From: an uncultured Desulfosarcina sp.
GTDB taxonomy: Bacteria; Desulfobacterota; Desulfobacteria; Desulfobacterales; Desulfosarcinaceae
Assembly: GCA_963674945.2 (NCBI GenBank)
Contig: CAXXWQ010000004.1
Location: 2,272,001 to 2,336,000 of the forward strand
Direction of reading: 5' to 3'
DNA: 64,000 nt
Position numbers and translations under genes: made by a program. A model generated the notes under the pieces. It worked only from the letters and a program-made list of their open reading frames with translations, ran no database searches and was not told the origin of the DNA. Below are positions 37,934-48,786 of this stretch, piece by piece. Position 1 is the first letter of the stretch. The number at the start of each line of letters is the position of its first letter.

Positions 37934-39424
37934 ATGCGGGTCAGCTATAAAAATAAAATCATTTTCGTCCTGACGATATATTTTGCCATCGGCAGTGTCA
38001 TATGGTTCTTAAACTATTTCAACAACAACCTGATTAACCATCGAATACGGGTCATCGAAAAAAAAGAGGACTTGCTGAACACGATCCTGGAGGCGCGCCG
38101 ATACGAAAAAAATTTTTTTCTGACCCAACACGAACACCACCTGGACAGCGCAATCTCCTTCATTCGGCAGGCCGAACAGAAAATGGCCGATCTGATCGAA
38201 ATGGATGAAACGGTTCCGAATGGTAAAAATATATCGTTACGGTCGCCCGATCTGGAAGAATACCGATCGGCAATGAGTTTTCTCGTGACACAACCCATAC
38301 CCGATGCAAAGGCAAATCATCTCGTCTCCTCCCATGAACGCATGGCCCAGCAGGAAATCATCCGTCGCCTGGGTCGAACCATCACCGAGACCTTCGAGTC
38401 CATGGTCCTATCGGATCGGGAACGCATCAACCGGCTGGTCCAGCGATCTCGATTCTACCACTTTGCCACTTTGATGGGAATGATCCTGATTACCACCCTG
38501 GCGGCATTGTTTTTCTTTTTCAACGTCATTCGACCGCTTAAAATGCTGGAAAAATCCATTGGCGAAATCGCCTCTGGAAACTATAAACATATCCCCTCCA
38601 TCGCCGCGGCTGTTGAATTCGAATCGCTGGTGGGAAGCCTCAACAGGATGATCGGCATGTTGAACCGGCGCAGTGAGGCGCTCATCCAGGAAAAAAAGCT
38701 GGCCGCTTTGGGAACCTTGACTTCCGGTGTGGCACATGAACTGAACAATCCCCTCAATAATATCTCCACTTCCATGCAGATCCTCCTGGAAGAGTTGGAG
38801 GATCCGGATCTCGATTACAAACGAGAGCTTTTGCAGGATTCCGAAAAGGAGGTCGAACGCGCCCGGGACATTGTCCGTGCGCTGCTCGAATTTTCCCGTC
38901 AACACGCATTCAGCATCAAGACCATACTGTTCAGACCACTCGTGGATGACACCATAAAGTTGATCAAGTGTGAGTTACCACCCTCGATAAAACTGGTTGT
39001 GGACGTCCCGCAGGATATCCGGGCCAGCGTCGATACCCGTCGCATTCAGCAGGTTTTGCTCAACCTGATTTTCAATGCCATTCAGTCCATGGAAAGCGGT
39101 GGCACCATCACCGTTCTCGCAAGGCAAAGCAGCGAAGATACCTTCTACCTCAGTGTTTCCGATACGGGAAGAGGCATCCCCCCGGAAATGCTCTCCAAAA
39201 TTTTCGATCCGTTTTTCTCCACGAAAAGTTCTCGAAGACGGACAGACTCCGATTCATCTTCCTATGACGGATACACAAATCACCAAGGAACAGGATTGGG
39301 ACTCGCCATTTGCCACGGCATCGTCGACAAACATAACGGTCGAATCGAAGTGAAGAGTAAAGTTGGCGAGGGCACCACCTTCACGGTTTATCTTCCCCTG
39401 GAAAAATCCGATGAAGTCTTCTGA
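37934..39424 (+). CDS. Membrane sensor histidine kinase (HAMP-HisKA-HATPase)
   Basis: Two TMs, EARRYEKNFF sensor segment, GVAHELNNPL, QVLLNL, DTGRGI, FDPFF, GTGLGL. Confidence 0.95.
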   Translation: MRVSYKNKIIFVLTIYFAIGSVIWFLNYFNNNLINHRIRVIEKKEDLLNTILEARRYEKNFFLTQHEHHLDSAISFIRQAEQKMADLIEMDETVPNGKNISLRSPDLEEYRSAMSFLVTQPIPDAKANHLVSSHERMAQQEIIRRLGRTITETFESMVLSDRERINRLVQRSRFYHFATLMGMILITTLAALFFFFNVIRPLKMLEKSIGEIASGNYKHIPSIAAAVEFESLVGSLNRMIGMLNRRSEALIQEKKLAALGTLTSGVAHELNNPLNNISTSMQILLEELEDPDLDYKRELLQDSEKEVERARDIVRALLEFSRQHAFSIKTILFRPLVDDTIKLIKCELPPSIKLVVDVPQDIRASVDTRRIQQVLLNLIFNAIQSMESGGTITVLARQSSEDTFYLSVSDTGRGIPPEMLSKIFDPFFSTKSSRRRTDSDSSSYDGYTNHQGTGLGLAICHGIVDKHNGRIEVKSKVGEGTTFTVYLPLEKSDEVF

Positions 39425-40772
39425 TAGCGATCAAATATTGGTTGTCGAGGACGAATCCATTGCCCGCCGGAACCTGGTCCACGTCCTCGAAAAGGAAGGC
39501 TATATCGTCGTTCCCGCCGCATCCGGTGTCGAGGCCTTGGATCTCATCAAATCAACGGAATTCGATCTGGTGATCACCGATCTGAAAATGGGTGAAGTGG
39601 ACGGCATGACGGTCTTGACCCAGAGCCGGAAACGAAATCCCCTGACCGAGGTAATCCTGGTTACCGGTTATGCCACGGTCGATTCGGCGGTCAAGGCCAT
39701 GAAAAGCGGCGCGTATCATTACATCGCAAAGCCTTTTAAAATCGACGCGATTCGAAAAGTCGTTGCCGAGGCCATCCTGAAGAGGAGGCTTCTGCTTGAA
39801 AACATGCAGCTTAAGGAAAAGCTCGCATCTGCGGATCATGCGCCGCTCATTATCGGTGAAAGTCCGGCGATGAAAGCGGTCATGAAAACCCTCAACCAAA
39901 TCGCGCCGGCCCTCTCTAACGTTCTGGTTTTCGGAGAAAGCGGGACAGGCAAAGAACTGGCTGCGCGTCGGATCCATTCTCTGAGTCCTCGGGCACGGAA
40001 ACCTTTTGTCGCATTTAATTGTGGTTCCTTTACTGAAGAACTCATGGCCAATGAGTTGTTCGGTCACGAGAAGGGTGCCTTTACCGGTGCGAATCGGGAA
40101 AAGGCCGGTTTGTTGGAATCGGCTGACGGAGGAACGGTTTTCCTGGATGAAATCGGCGACATGCCCCTTACCATGCAGATAAAACTGCTTCGTGTCATAC
40201 AGGAAGGGGAAGTTCTTCGTGTGGGCGGGGTGAGACCACTTTCCGTGGACGTCCGCTTTGTTGCCGCCACCCATCGTGATCTCAATGAGGATATCCAGCA
40301 GGGGCTTTTCCGACAGGATCTATACTACCGGCTCAACGTGATCACTCTCCGCATGCCCCCACTTTGCGATCGCGATGGCGACATCCCGTTATTGGCCAAC
40401 TTCTTTCTCTCTCTCAAGGCAAGGGCCATGGAAAAACAGGTCCGCGCTATCCACCCCGATGCCATGTCGCTGCTTTGTCGTTATGGTTGGCCCGGAAATG
40501 TCCGAGAACTGGAAAACGTTATCGAACGGGGCGTTGCCCTGGCTACCGGGAACACCTTTTTGTCCGATGATTTGCCCGACCACATGAAAAATCTCACCAT
40601 TGAAACCTATCGCCAGCCCAACGGTGAAATTCCGACGTTATACGAGCAGGAGCGTCGGTATATCTCCTGGGTCCTGGCAAAATGCGACGGCAACAAGACC
40701 CAGGCCGCATCCATCATGGGAATCGACCGGGTTTCCCTATGGCGAAAGCTGAAACGATTTGATATATCCTAG
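39411..40772 (+). CDS. Sigma54-dependent response regulator (NtrC family)
   Basis: REC domain, GESGTGKE, GAFTGA, DLYYRLNV, WPGNVREL, Fis-type HTH. Confidence 0.95.
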   Translation: MKSSDSDQILVVEDESIARRNLVHVLEKEGYIVVPAASGVEALDLIKSTEFDLVITDLKMGEVDGMTVLTQSRKRNPLTEVILVTGYATVDSAVKAMKSGAYHYIAKPFKIDAIRKVVAEAILKRRLLLENMQLKEKLASADHAPLIIGESPAMKAVMKTLNQIAPALSNVLVFGESGTGKELAARRIHSLSPRARKPFVAFNCGSFTEELMANELFGHEKGAFTGANREKAGLLESADGGTVFLDEIGDMPLTMQIKLLRVIQEGEVLRVGGVRPLSVDVRFVAATHRDLNEDIQQGLFRQDLYYRLNVITLRMPPLCDRDGDIPLLANFFLSLKARAMEKQVRAIHPDAMSLLCRYGWPGNVRELENVIERGVALATGNTFLSDDLPDHMKNLTIETYRQPNGEIPTLYEQERRYISWVLAKCDGNKTQAASIMGIDRVSLWRKLKRFDIS

Positions 40773-41094
40773 CAGAAGACAATCGCCGCGCCGATGATTC
40801 TTTACCAAGGGGACGAGTCAACAACTACCCCCATAGCGGGTGGCTTGGATATTCGGCCATCGGCCGGATATCCAGAAGCACGTCAGTACTTTCATCGTCG
40901 GGTTGGTTCCGGGCAAAAAACACCCGGTTTGAATACAACCAACCAGTGAAACAATGCCCTCACTAATGTTTTTTCCCTTTTTTCCGATAAACGTATTCAC
41001 GGACCCAATGATGTTTTGTACTACCTGTATATTGAATATGTGATCGGTTTTGCAGATGACCGTCGGATCTGAATCATAGCGGGGGAATGGGAAA

Positions 41095-43131
41095 ATGGTA
41101 CTGCTAAGAAATACAAAGATTTCGACCAAGATCATGGGTGGGTTCAGTGTGGTATTGCTGCTGCTTCTCGTCATGGGGTATGTGGGACTTCACGGGATGT
41201 CAGGCACAGCAAAGCGAACGAATCAGGCGGAAGAGGTAAATCGAGTAGTAAAATTGATCCAAAGCGCCCACCAGTATCAAAAAGATTTCATTATTTCCGG
41301 GAAAGAACACGATGCTCGAAAGGTGGATGAGCAGGTCGCCACACTGATCGATCGGGTCGAACGCTCCCGAAATGAGCTGAACCTTACTGCCGACAAGCAG
41401 AAAATCGACCAAATTCTTTCCCGGGCCAAGGCCTATCGTGCCGCTTTCAGTCAATACGTTGCCACGGAAAAGGAGAAGACAGCGTTGTTGGCAAACATGC
41501 AGGCCAGGGCAAACGATGCCATTGCCAAGCTGGAGACAAGTAGTGAAGACCAATTGGTTCGTTTGTCCGACGTGTTATTGGAATTGGGAACGTTCCGTGA
41601 TTCCGGGCTCGATCAATCGGTGTTGGATTCAAAGTTAGAGATGCTTCACCTTCGGATTGATAATACCGATGATGCCAACAGGATGATCAAGTTGTTCCTC
41701 CAAGGGCGAAAAAGCGAGAAAGAATTTCTCATGACGGGCGATCATCGGCATTTTGAAGCGGTTCAATCGATCATTGGGAAAATCACCGATTTGGGTAATA
41801 TGCTAAAAGAGGGTTTCAAAAGCGAAACGGGTGCCAATAATGTGGAGATGGCATTGGGTGCCCTAAACGCCTATTTCGAAGCGTTCAAGGCGTATTCTGC
41901 GAAGATGGAGAAGCAAGAACGGATCGATGCGCAGCTGGCCAAGGCGGCAGGGGCAACCCAGGAAGTGTGTGACGTGGTTTGGGCCGAACAGCGAAACATC
42001 ATGGTATCCGACATCAAACGTTCCAATTTCGTGATCTACCTGATCTGCGGCATCGCCTTGGCCATCAGCGGGGCCGTCGCCGCATGGGTGACCCTTTCCA
42101 TCCGAAAAGCCATTGGATACGCCGTCGCCATTACGACAAAGGTTGCCAACGGCGATTTGCGGGAAAGGATCCAAGTAAAGAGCAAGGATGAGATCGGGGA
42201 CCTGCTGATCGCCATGCAACGGATGGTGAACAACTTGCGCAAAATGCTTCGCGACATCCTTGTCGGAGTCGATAAGTTGGCTTCTTCTTCGACGGAGTTG
42301 TCTATCATCTCCAAGCAATTGGCCGAGTCTTCCGAAAGCTCATCCGGAAAATCGGCTACGGTGGTGGCCGGTGCGGAAGAGATGAGCGGTAACATGAACT
42401 TCGTTGCCGCAGCCGCAGAGAAAACGTCTCAAAATGTCGGCATGGTGGCAAATGCCGCCGAAGAGATGACGGCTACCATCGCCGAGATCGTCCAAAACAC
42501 GGAAAAAGGCCGCGACATCTCCGGTAAAGCCGTTGAAAAGGCGTTCAGTGCATCGGGCAAGATGGCCCATCTGGGCAAAATGGCCCAGGAGGTGGGAAAA
42601 GTGACCGAAACCATTACCGAGATTTCCGAGCAGACCAACCTGCTCGCCCTCAACGCCACCATCGAAGCTGCGCGGGCGGGTGAGGCAGGCAAGGGTTTTG
42701 CCGTGGTGGCCAACGAGATCAAAGAGCTGGCCCAGCAGACGGCCGGCGCAACCCTTCGGATACGCCGCCAGATCGAAAGTATCCAGAACTCAACGACATC
42801 GACGATTGTGGAAATCCAGGAGGTGACCGCGGTTATCAACGATGTCGATGAAGTTGTGGGAAACATCGCCTCGGCCATCGAACAGCAATCGAGTGCAACC
42901 AGGGAAATTTCCGAAAACGTCTCCCAAGCCTCCAGAGGCATTGAAGATATGACCCAAAACGTAACCCAAAGCTCGGTTGTCGCAGCCAGCATTTCCAGTG
43001 AAATTTCGGATGTCAATCACTCTGTCCAGGAGATCGCGACGGCCAGTTCGCAGGTGCAAATCAGCGCAGACGATCTATCGAAGCTGTCCGATCAATTGAA
43101 AGAGATGGCGGTGGATTTTCGGCTTCGCTGA
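41095..43131 (+). CDS. Methyl-accepting chemotaxis protein
   Basis: Two TMs, [35 protein letters not shown]. Confidence 0.96.
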   Translation: MVLLRNTKISTKIMGGFSVVLLLLLVMGYVGLHGMSGTAKRTNQAEEVNRVVKLIQSAHQYQKDFIISGKEHDARKVDEQVATLIDRVERSRNELNLTADKQKIDQILSRAKAYRAAFSQYVATEKEKTALLANMQARANDAIAKLETSSEDQLVRLSDVLLELGTFRDSGLDQSVLDSKLEMLHLRIDNTDDANRMIKLFLQGRKSEKEFLMTGDHRHFEAVQSIIGKITDLGNMLKEGFKSETGANNVEMALGALNAYFEAFKAYSAKMEKQERIDAQLAKAAGATQEVCDVVWAEQRNIMVSDIKRSNFVIYLICGIALAISGAVAAWVTLSIRKAIGYAVAITTKVANGDLRERIQVKSKDEIGDLLIAMQRMVNNLRKMLRDILVGVDKLASSSTELSIISKQLAESSESSSGKSATVVAGAEEMSGNMNFVAAAAEKTSQNVGMVANAAEEMTATIAEIVQNTEKGRDISGKAVEKAFSASGKMAHLGKMAQEVGKVTETITEISEQTNLLALNATIEAARAGEAGKGFAVVANEIKELAQQTAGATLRIRRQIESIQNSTTSTIVEIQEVTAVINDVDEVVGNIASAIEQQSSATREISENVSQASRGIEDMTQNVTQSSVVAASISSEISDVNHSVQEIATASSQVQISADDLSKLSDQLKEMAVDFRLR

Positions 43132-43229
43132 TTTCCATATATCCCCCAGTCAAAGCGCGTCGGTGCGTTTATCGTTCAGCGCAACTCTCAAGATTCGTAC
43201 CGGGCCGGGCAGACAGGATAGATTTACAG

Positions 43230-44150
43230 ATGAAGAGGGAAACCAGACGAAGGATCATTCGTTCCACCGTTGGCATCGCCCTGGCGATATGGCTGCTGTT
43301 CTCTTCGGGATTGAAGGTGCCGGGATTGGACGCCACGGCGGACACCTATTTTCAGGATGCCATCACAAAGGCGGGCCTGGCCTATGCCACCATTCGAACC
43401 ATCAACGCCTCTGTTTCGATCATCAAGGAATCGACAGTCCAATTGGAGCCGGCGGGTGTCGGACTCTCCCTGGCGGTAGGACAGGTTCTGGATCCCATCG
43501 ATGACATGACCGAGCGGTTGTCCCATGTGCTGGTGACGGCCATCGTTTCTTTGGGGGTACAAAAACTCTCCTATGAAATCGCTATCTCACTTGTACCCCC
43601 CCTTTTTGCAGCGGCACTGATCATCCTCTCCGTATTGATCTGGGTCGGGGATCATCGCCTCGGTGCCATCCAACACCTGGTGTTTCAGGTGCTGTTGTTC
43701 TCGGCCATTTTTCGGTTCTTTTTGCCGGTCTCCTCCATTGCCAATGCATTCGTGCACGACCACTTCTTCGCCGGTCGAATCGAGACGGCAAAGGCGGAGC
43801 TATCGTTGGGATCGACCGAGCTGGACAGACTCAAAGAGCTCTCCCTGCCGGAGATTGAAGGGGTTTGGACAACCATCGAAAAGGGCAAGTTGTTCTTGAA
43901 AAAAAAATCCGCCGAGTTTAAAGAAGCCGTGGTATACACCGTCGACAACATGGGACGCATCATCGAGAACCTCATGGAACTCACCTTTTTGTATGTCGGG
44001 CTGTTTGTGATTCAAGTCCTCTTCTTGCCCCTGATCTCCTTTTGGATTCTCCTGAAAATTGTCAACGCCCTGTTTGTCCGAAATGCTTTCATCCCACCAA
44101 CAGGTTCATCATATGGGGCCGGTTCCGACACGGCGATGGGGACCAAATAA
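43230..44150 (+). CDS. Hypothetical membrane protein
   Basis: 306-aa ORF with several TMs; GQVLDPIDDMTERLS segment. Confidence 0.7.
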   Translation: MKRETRRRIIRSTVGIALAIWLLFSSGLKVPGLDATADTYFQDAITKAGLAYATIRTINASVSIIKESTVQLEPAGVGLSLAVGQVLDPIDDMTERLSHVLVTAIVSLGVQKLSYEIAISLVPPLFAAALIILSVLIWVGDHRLGAIQHLVFQVLLFSAIFRFFLPVSSIANAFVHDHFFAGRIETAKAELSLGSTELDRLKELSLPEIEGVWTTIEKGKLFLKKKSAEFKEAVVYTVDNMGRIIENLMELTFLYVGLFVIQVLFLPLISFWILLKIVNALFVRNAFIPPTGSSYGAGSDTAMGTK

Positions 44151-44310
44151 ACATTTCATATGATCGTTTGAAATAAAGAATTGAAACGTCCATTTTAAAA
44201 TGATATGTTGGGAGCCGTTTTGTCTGGCAATCTTGTTACCCGGGTCCATACGCACCGGAAAATCTCAAAATGAAGCATCGGCTCCGGCCGATATAAGGCG
44301 CAACATCGCA

Positions 44311-45516
44311 ATGAAATCAAAATCCAAAAACCGTTTCCATCTGTTTATCGCCGTCGGCGCGATTCTGTCTCTGTGGACCATGGGGTGTCAGCCACAGGAG
44401 CAATCCCAGAATCGACCACCCCAGAGAACACCGGTAGTGTCCGTCGTGACGGTTACCACGCAACCGGTCACCCTGACCACGGAGTTGCCCGGGCGCACGT
44501 CGGCGTATCGGATCGCGGAGATCCGTCCCCAGGTCAACGGGTTGATTCAGAAGCGCCTGTTTACCGAAGGAAGCGAGGTAAAGGCCGGCGACGTGCTCTA
44601 TCAAATCGATCCCGCACCCTACGAAGCGGCCCTTAAGAATGCAGAGGCCGGACAGGTCCGGTCCGAAGCCAATCTGCCGGCGATGCAGTCAAAGGTGGAG
44701 CGCTACGAAAAACTATTGGCCGAAAGCATCGTCAGCCAGCAGATCTATGACGATGCGGTTGCGGCGCTCAACCAGGCCCATGCCGATGTCCAGTACTGGA
44801 AGGCGACGGTGCAGACGGCACAAATCAATCTGGCCTACACCCGCATCACCGCCCCCATATCCGGCCGGATCGGCCGTTCCAACGTCACCGAGGGGGCCAT
44901 CGTGACGGCCTATCAACCCACACCGCTGGCCACCATTCAGCAGTTGGACCCCATCTACGTGGATGTCCTCCAGCCCACCACCCAACTGCTCCGTATGAAG
45001 CGCTGGCTTGAGAGCGGACGCCTCGACCAAAAAAGCCAGAATCGAAAATCGGTCAAACTCACCCTGGAAGACGGCTCCCCCTATCCGTTGGCGGGAACTC
45101 TTCAGTTCCAGGACGTATCCGTGGATTCCACCACCGGTTCCGTGAACCTGCGGGTGGTGTTTCCCAATCCGGCCCGGCTTCTTTTGCCGGGCATGTTTGT
45201 GCGTGCATTGATCAACGAGGGGACGGACGAAAAAGCAACCACAATCCCCCAACAAACCCTCTTGCGCGATCCCAAAGGAAACCCCATGACCCTTGTCGTG
45301 GATGGAGAAAATATCGTTCAGCAGCGCATGCTGACCCTGGATCGGGCCATTGGGGATCAGTGGGTGGTCGGAAGTGGCCTTTCCGAAGGGGAACGGATCA
45401 TTGCCGAAGGCAGCCAGCAGGTGAAACAGGGAGATACCGTCAAGACAGTCCCCTTCGAGGCCAGCACTGCAGGTGACAAAAACACCGCATCCACGAACGC
45501 CGGCCAGGCCGAGTAA
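44311..45516 (+). CDS. acrA: RND efflux periplasmic adaptor (AcrA/MexA family lipoprotein)
   Basis: Lipobox MGC; ELPGRTSAYRIAEIRPQV, APISGRIG, LLPGMFV. Confidence 0.9.
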   Translation: MKSKSKNRFHLFIAVGAILSLWTMGCQPQEQSQNRPPQRTPVVSVVTVTTQPVTLTTELPGRTSAYRIAEIRPQVNGLIQKRLFTEGSEVKAGDVLYQIDPAPYEAALKNAEAGQVRSEANLPAMQSKVERYEKLLAESIVSQQIYDDAVAALNQAHADVQYWKATVQTAQINLAYTRITAPISGRIGRSNVTEGAIVTAYQPTPLATIQQLDPIYVDVLQPTTQLLRMKRWLESGRLDQKSQNRKSVKLTLEDGSPYPLAGTLQFQDVSVDSTTGSVNLRVVFPNPARLLLPGMFVRALINEGTDEKATTIPQQTLLRDPKGNPMTLVVDGENIVQQRMLTLDRAIGDQWVVGSGLSEGERIIAEGSQQVKQGDTVKTVPFEASTAGDKNTASTNAGQAE

Positions 45517-45528
45517 CGGGGAGGGACC

Positions 45529-48500
45529 ATGTTATCCAAATTTTTTCTCGAGCGCCCCGTATTTGCCTGGGTCATCGCCATCGTACTGATGGTGGCAGGC
45601 GGACTTGGCATCTACAACCTGCCCATCAGCCAGTATCCGCCTATCGCTCCGCCGTCGATCGCCATCGACACCCTCTATCCGGGGGCCTCTGCGGAAACGA
45701 TTGAAAACAGCATAACCCAGATCATCGAGCAGAAGATGACCGGATTCGACGATATGCTGTATATGTCGGCTTCCAGCGATTCATCGGGCCGATCCCGCAT
45801 CGAATTGACCTTCGCGCCGGGTACCGATCCGGATCTTGCCTGGGCCAAGGTGCAAAACAAACTCCAGCTTGCCATGGCCGGCCTGCCGGAGTCGGTGCAG
45901 CGCCAGGGCGTAATGGTCACCAAGACTACCAGCAATTGGCTGATGGTCGTCGGGCTGGTTTCCGACGATCCCAACATGGGCGGCCATGATATACGCGATT
46001 ATGCCAAGTCCAACCTGGAAAAGGTACTGGCACGGGTGCCGGGCGTGGGAGAGGTGAACGCCTTCGGAACCCAGTACGCCATGCGCATCTGGCTCAATCC
46101 GGAGCGGCTGATCCAGTATAACCTGACCATTCAGGACGTCATTACGGCACTTCGATCCTATAACGTGGAGATCTCCGCCGGCCAGTTCGGCGGCGCTCCG
46201 GCCGTTGAGGGCCAGCGGTTGAACGCCTCCATCATCGTCCAGAGCCTTTTAAAGACGCCCGAGGAGTTCGCCGCCATTCCCTTGCGCGTCAACACCGACG
46301 GATCCATCCTCCGGATCAAGGACGTGGGGCGTGCCGAGCTGGGCGCCGAGGAATACAATGTGGATGTCCTCTGGAACGGAATTCCGGGCGCGGGGATGGG
46401 CATTCGTCTGGCATCCGGGGCCAACGCCCTTGCCACCGCCGAAGCGGTGCGTACCAAGATGGACGAGATGAGCCGCTATTTTCCTCCGGGCATGAAGGTG
46501 GTCTACCCGGACGATACCACACCCTTCATCTCCATGGCCATCAAAGAGGTAATCAAGACCCTGTTCGAGGCCGTCATCCTGGTTTTTCTGGTGATGTATC
46601 TGTTCATGGGAAACATGCGGGCCACGCTGATCCCCACCATCGCCGTTCCGGTGGTGATCCTGGGCACCTTCGCAGTATTGGGGCTGTTCGGTTACTCCAT
46701 CAACATGCTGACCATGTTCGCCATGGTGCTGGCCATCGGTCTGTTGGTCGACGATGCCATCGTGGTGGTGGAAAACGTGGAGCGCATCATGCGGGAAGAG
46801 GGACTCTCCCCCCATGCGGCCACGGCCAAATCCATGGAGCAGATCACCAGCGCCCTGATCGGCATCGGCCTGGTGCTTGCGGCGGTCTTCGGTCCCATGG
46901 CCTTTTTCCCCGGCTCAACGGGCGTCATCTATCGTCAGTTTTCCGTCACCATCGTCGCGGCCATGCTGCTTTCAGTAGTCGTGGCCCTGATTCTGACGCC
47001 GGTTCTCTGCGCATCCCTGCTCAAGCCCGTGCCCGCCGGCCACGAACCGGCCGACAACGCCGTATTCTTCATGCGTCCCTTTTTCCGGTGGTTCGACCAT
47101 GCCTTCTTCCGGTCCCGGAATCTTTATATAAAGGTGGTCGGGCGCTTTTTGCATAAACCGCTGCGCTACATCCTCGCCTTCCTGCTCATCGTGGCGGCCA
47201 TGGGCTACCTGTTCGAGAAGCTGCCCACCGCCTATCTTCCCGAGGAAGACCAGGGTATCTTTTATGTCCAGGCCATGCTGCCCCCCAACTCTACCATGGA
47301 GCAAACCCAGGCCGTTATGGACTATGTGAAAAAGTATCTTCTCACAAAGGAGAGCGAGGCGGTCGAATCCATGTTTACGCTCTCCGGCTTCAGTTTTTCC
47401 GGTCGCGGACAAAACGCCGGTCTGGCCTTCATCCGGCTCAGGGACTGGGAGCTTCGGGACCGGCCCGATCTGAAAGTGCAGGCGGTGGCCGGTCGAGCCA
47501 TGAGGGCCTTTGCTCAGATAAAAAACGCCAGGGTGTATGCCTTCGCACCCCCGGCGGTCAGTGCATTGGGGCAGGCCAATGGTTTCAATTTCCAGCTTCT
47601 GGACCGCGGCGGCGCGGGCCACGCCGCCCTGATGGCAGCCAGAAACCGACTCCTGGGCATCGTCGCCAGGGATCCGCGGTTGACCCGGGTGCGGCCCAAT
47701 GGTCTGGAGGATGAACCCCAATACCGCATCGATGTGGACTGGGAAAAGGCCGGTGCCATGGGTGTACCCATCACGGCCATCCACCAAACCATTTCCGCGG
47801 CCTTCGGCAGCGCCTATGTCAACGACTTCATCCACGCCGGAAGGGTAAAAAGAGTCTATGTCCAGGCCGATGCCCCATACCGGCGGCTGCCCAGCGACCT
47901 GGAAAGGTTGTATGTAGGCAACAATGCGGGAAAAATGGTTCCCTTCTCCTCTTTCGCCTCGGGGCACTGGTCATCCGGATCACCCAAGCTGGAAAGGTAC
48001 AACGGCTTTCCGTCCATCAATATCTGGGGCGAAGCGGCCCATGGCAAGAGTTCCGGCGAGGCCATGCAGGCCATGGAGGAGGCGGTGGCCCAACTGCCCA
48101 AGGCCTTCGGGTTTGACTGGACCGGACTCTCCTACCAGGAACGCCAGTCCGGATCCCAGGCGCCGCTGCTCTACGCCTTTTCCATTCTGGTAATCTTTTT
48201 ATGTCTGGCCGCCTTGTACGAAAGCTGGCCCATTCCCATTTCCATTCTGTTGACCCTGCCCCTGGGCGCCATCGGCGGTGTGATCGCATCGACGATGATG
48301 GACCTGCCCAATGACGTCTATTTTAAAATCGGAATACTTACCATCTTGGGGTTGACCACGAAAAACGCCATCTTGATCGTCCAGTTTGCAAGGGCGCGCG
48401 TGGACGAGGGCATGCCGCTCATCGATGCGACCCTGGAAGGCGCACGACTGCGGCTTCGACCCATCGTGATGACCTCCCTGGCTTTCGGGTTCGGCGTGCT

Positions 48501-48705
48501 GCCCCTGGCCCTGGCGAGGGGAGCCGGCGCCGGTGCCCAACAGGCCATCGGCATCGGCGTGGTAGGTGGCGTGGTGACGTCCACCATCCTGGTCATCAGT
48601 TATGCGCCGCTTTTTTATGTGTTGATTTACAAGGCACTCGGCCGGCACAGGAAGCGCGAACGGTCAGGCCACAAGGAGATTTCGGCTTCAGATTCGCCGT
48701 CGTGA
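45529..48705 (+). CDS. acrB: RND efflux permease (AcrB/MexB family)
   Basis: FFLERPVFAWVIA, VDDAIVVVENVER, KNAILIV, RLRPIVMTS. Confidence 0.95.
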   Translation: MLSKFFLERPVFAWVIAIVLMVAGGLGIYNLPISQYPPIAPPSIAIDTLYPGASAETIENSITQIIEQKMTGFDDMLYMSASSDSSGRSRIELTFAPGTDPDLAWAKVQNKLQLAMAGLPESVQRQGVMVTKTTSNWLMVVGLVSDDPNMGGHDIRDYAKSNLEKVLARVPGVGEVNAFGTQYAMRIWLNPERLIQYNLTIQDVITALRSYNVEISAGQFGGAPAVEGQRLNASIIVQSLLKTPEEFAAIPLRVNTDGSILRIKDVGRAELGAEEYNVDVLWNGIPGAGMGIRLASGANALATAEAVRTKMDEMSRYFPPGMKVVYPDDTTPFISMAIKEVIKTLFEAVILVFLVMYLFMGNMRATLIPTIAVPVVILGTFAVLGLFGYSINMLTMFAMVLAIGLLVDDAIVVVENVERIMREEGLSPHAATAKSMEQITSALIGIGLVLAAVFGPMAFFPGSTGVIYRQFSVTIVAAMLLSVVVALILTPVLCASLLKPVPAGHEPADNAVFFMRPFFRWFDHAFFRSRNLYIKVVGRFLHKPLRYILAFLLIVAAMGYLFEKLPTAYLPEEDQGIFYVQAMLPPNSTMEQTQAVMDYVKKYLLTKESEAVESMFTLSGFSFSGRGQNAGLAFIRLRDWELRDRPDLKVQAVAGRAMRAFAQIKNARVYAFAPPAVSALGQANGFNFQLLDRGGAGHAALMAARNRLLGIVARDPRLTRVRPNGLEDEPQYRIDVDWEKAGAMGVPITAIHQTISAAFGSAYVNDFIHAGRVKRVYVQADAPYRRLPSDLERLYVGNNAGKMVPFSSFASGHWSSGSPKLERYNGFPSINIWGEAAHGKSSGEAMQAMEEAVAQLPKAFGFDWTGLSYQERQSGSQAPLLYAFSILVIFLCLAALYESWPIPISILLTLPLGAIGGVIASTMMDLPNDVYFKIGILTILGLTTKNAILIVQFARARVDEGMPLIDATLEGARLRLRPIVMTSLAFGFGVLPLALARGAGAGAQQAIGIGVVGGVVTSTILVISYAPLFYVLIYKALGRHRKRERSGHKEISASDSPS

Positions 48706-48786
48706 GAAAGTTGCATGTCCTGATATGCAATGGGAAAAAGCAATGTCCTGAGCGATCCGTTCCAACCCAGTGAAGGGTGAAACCCG

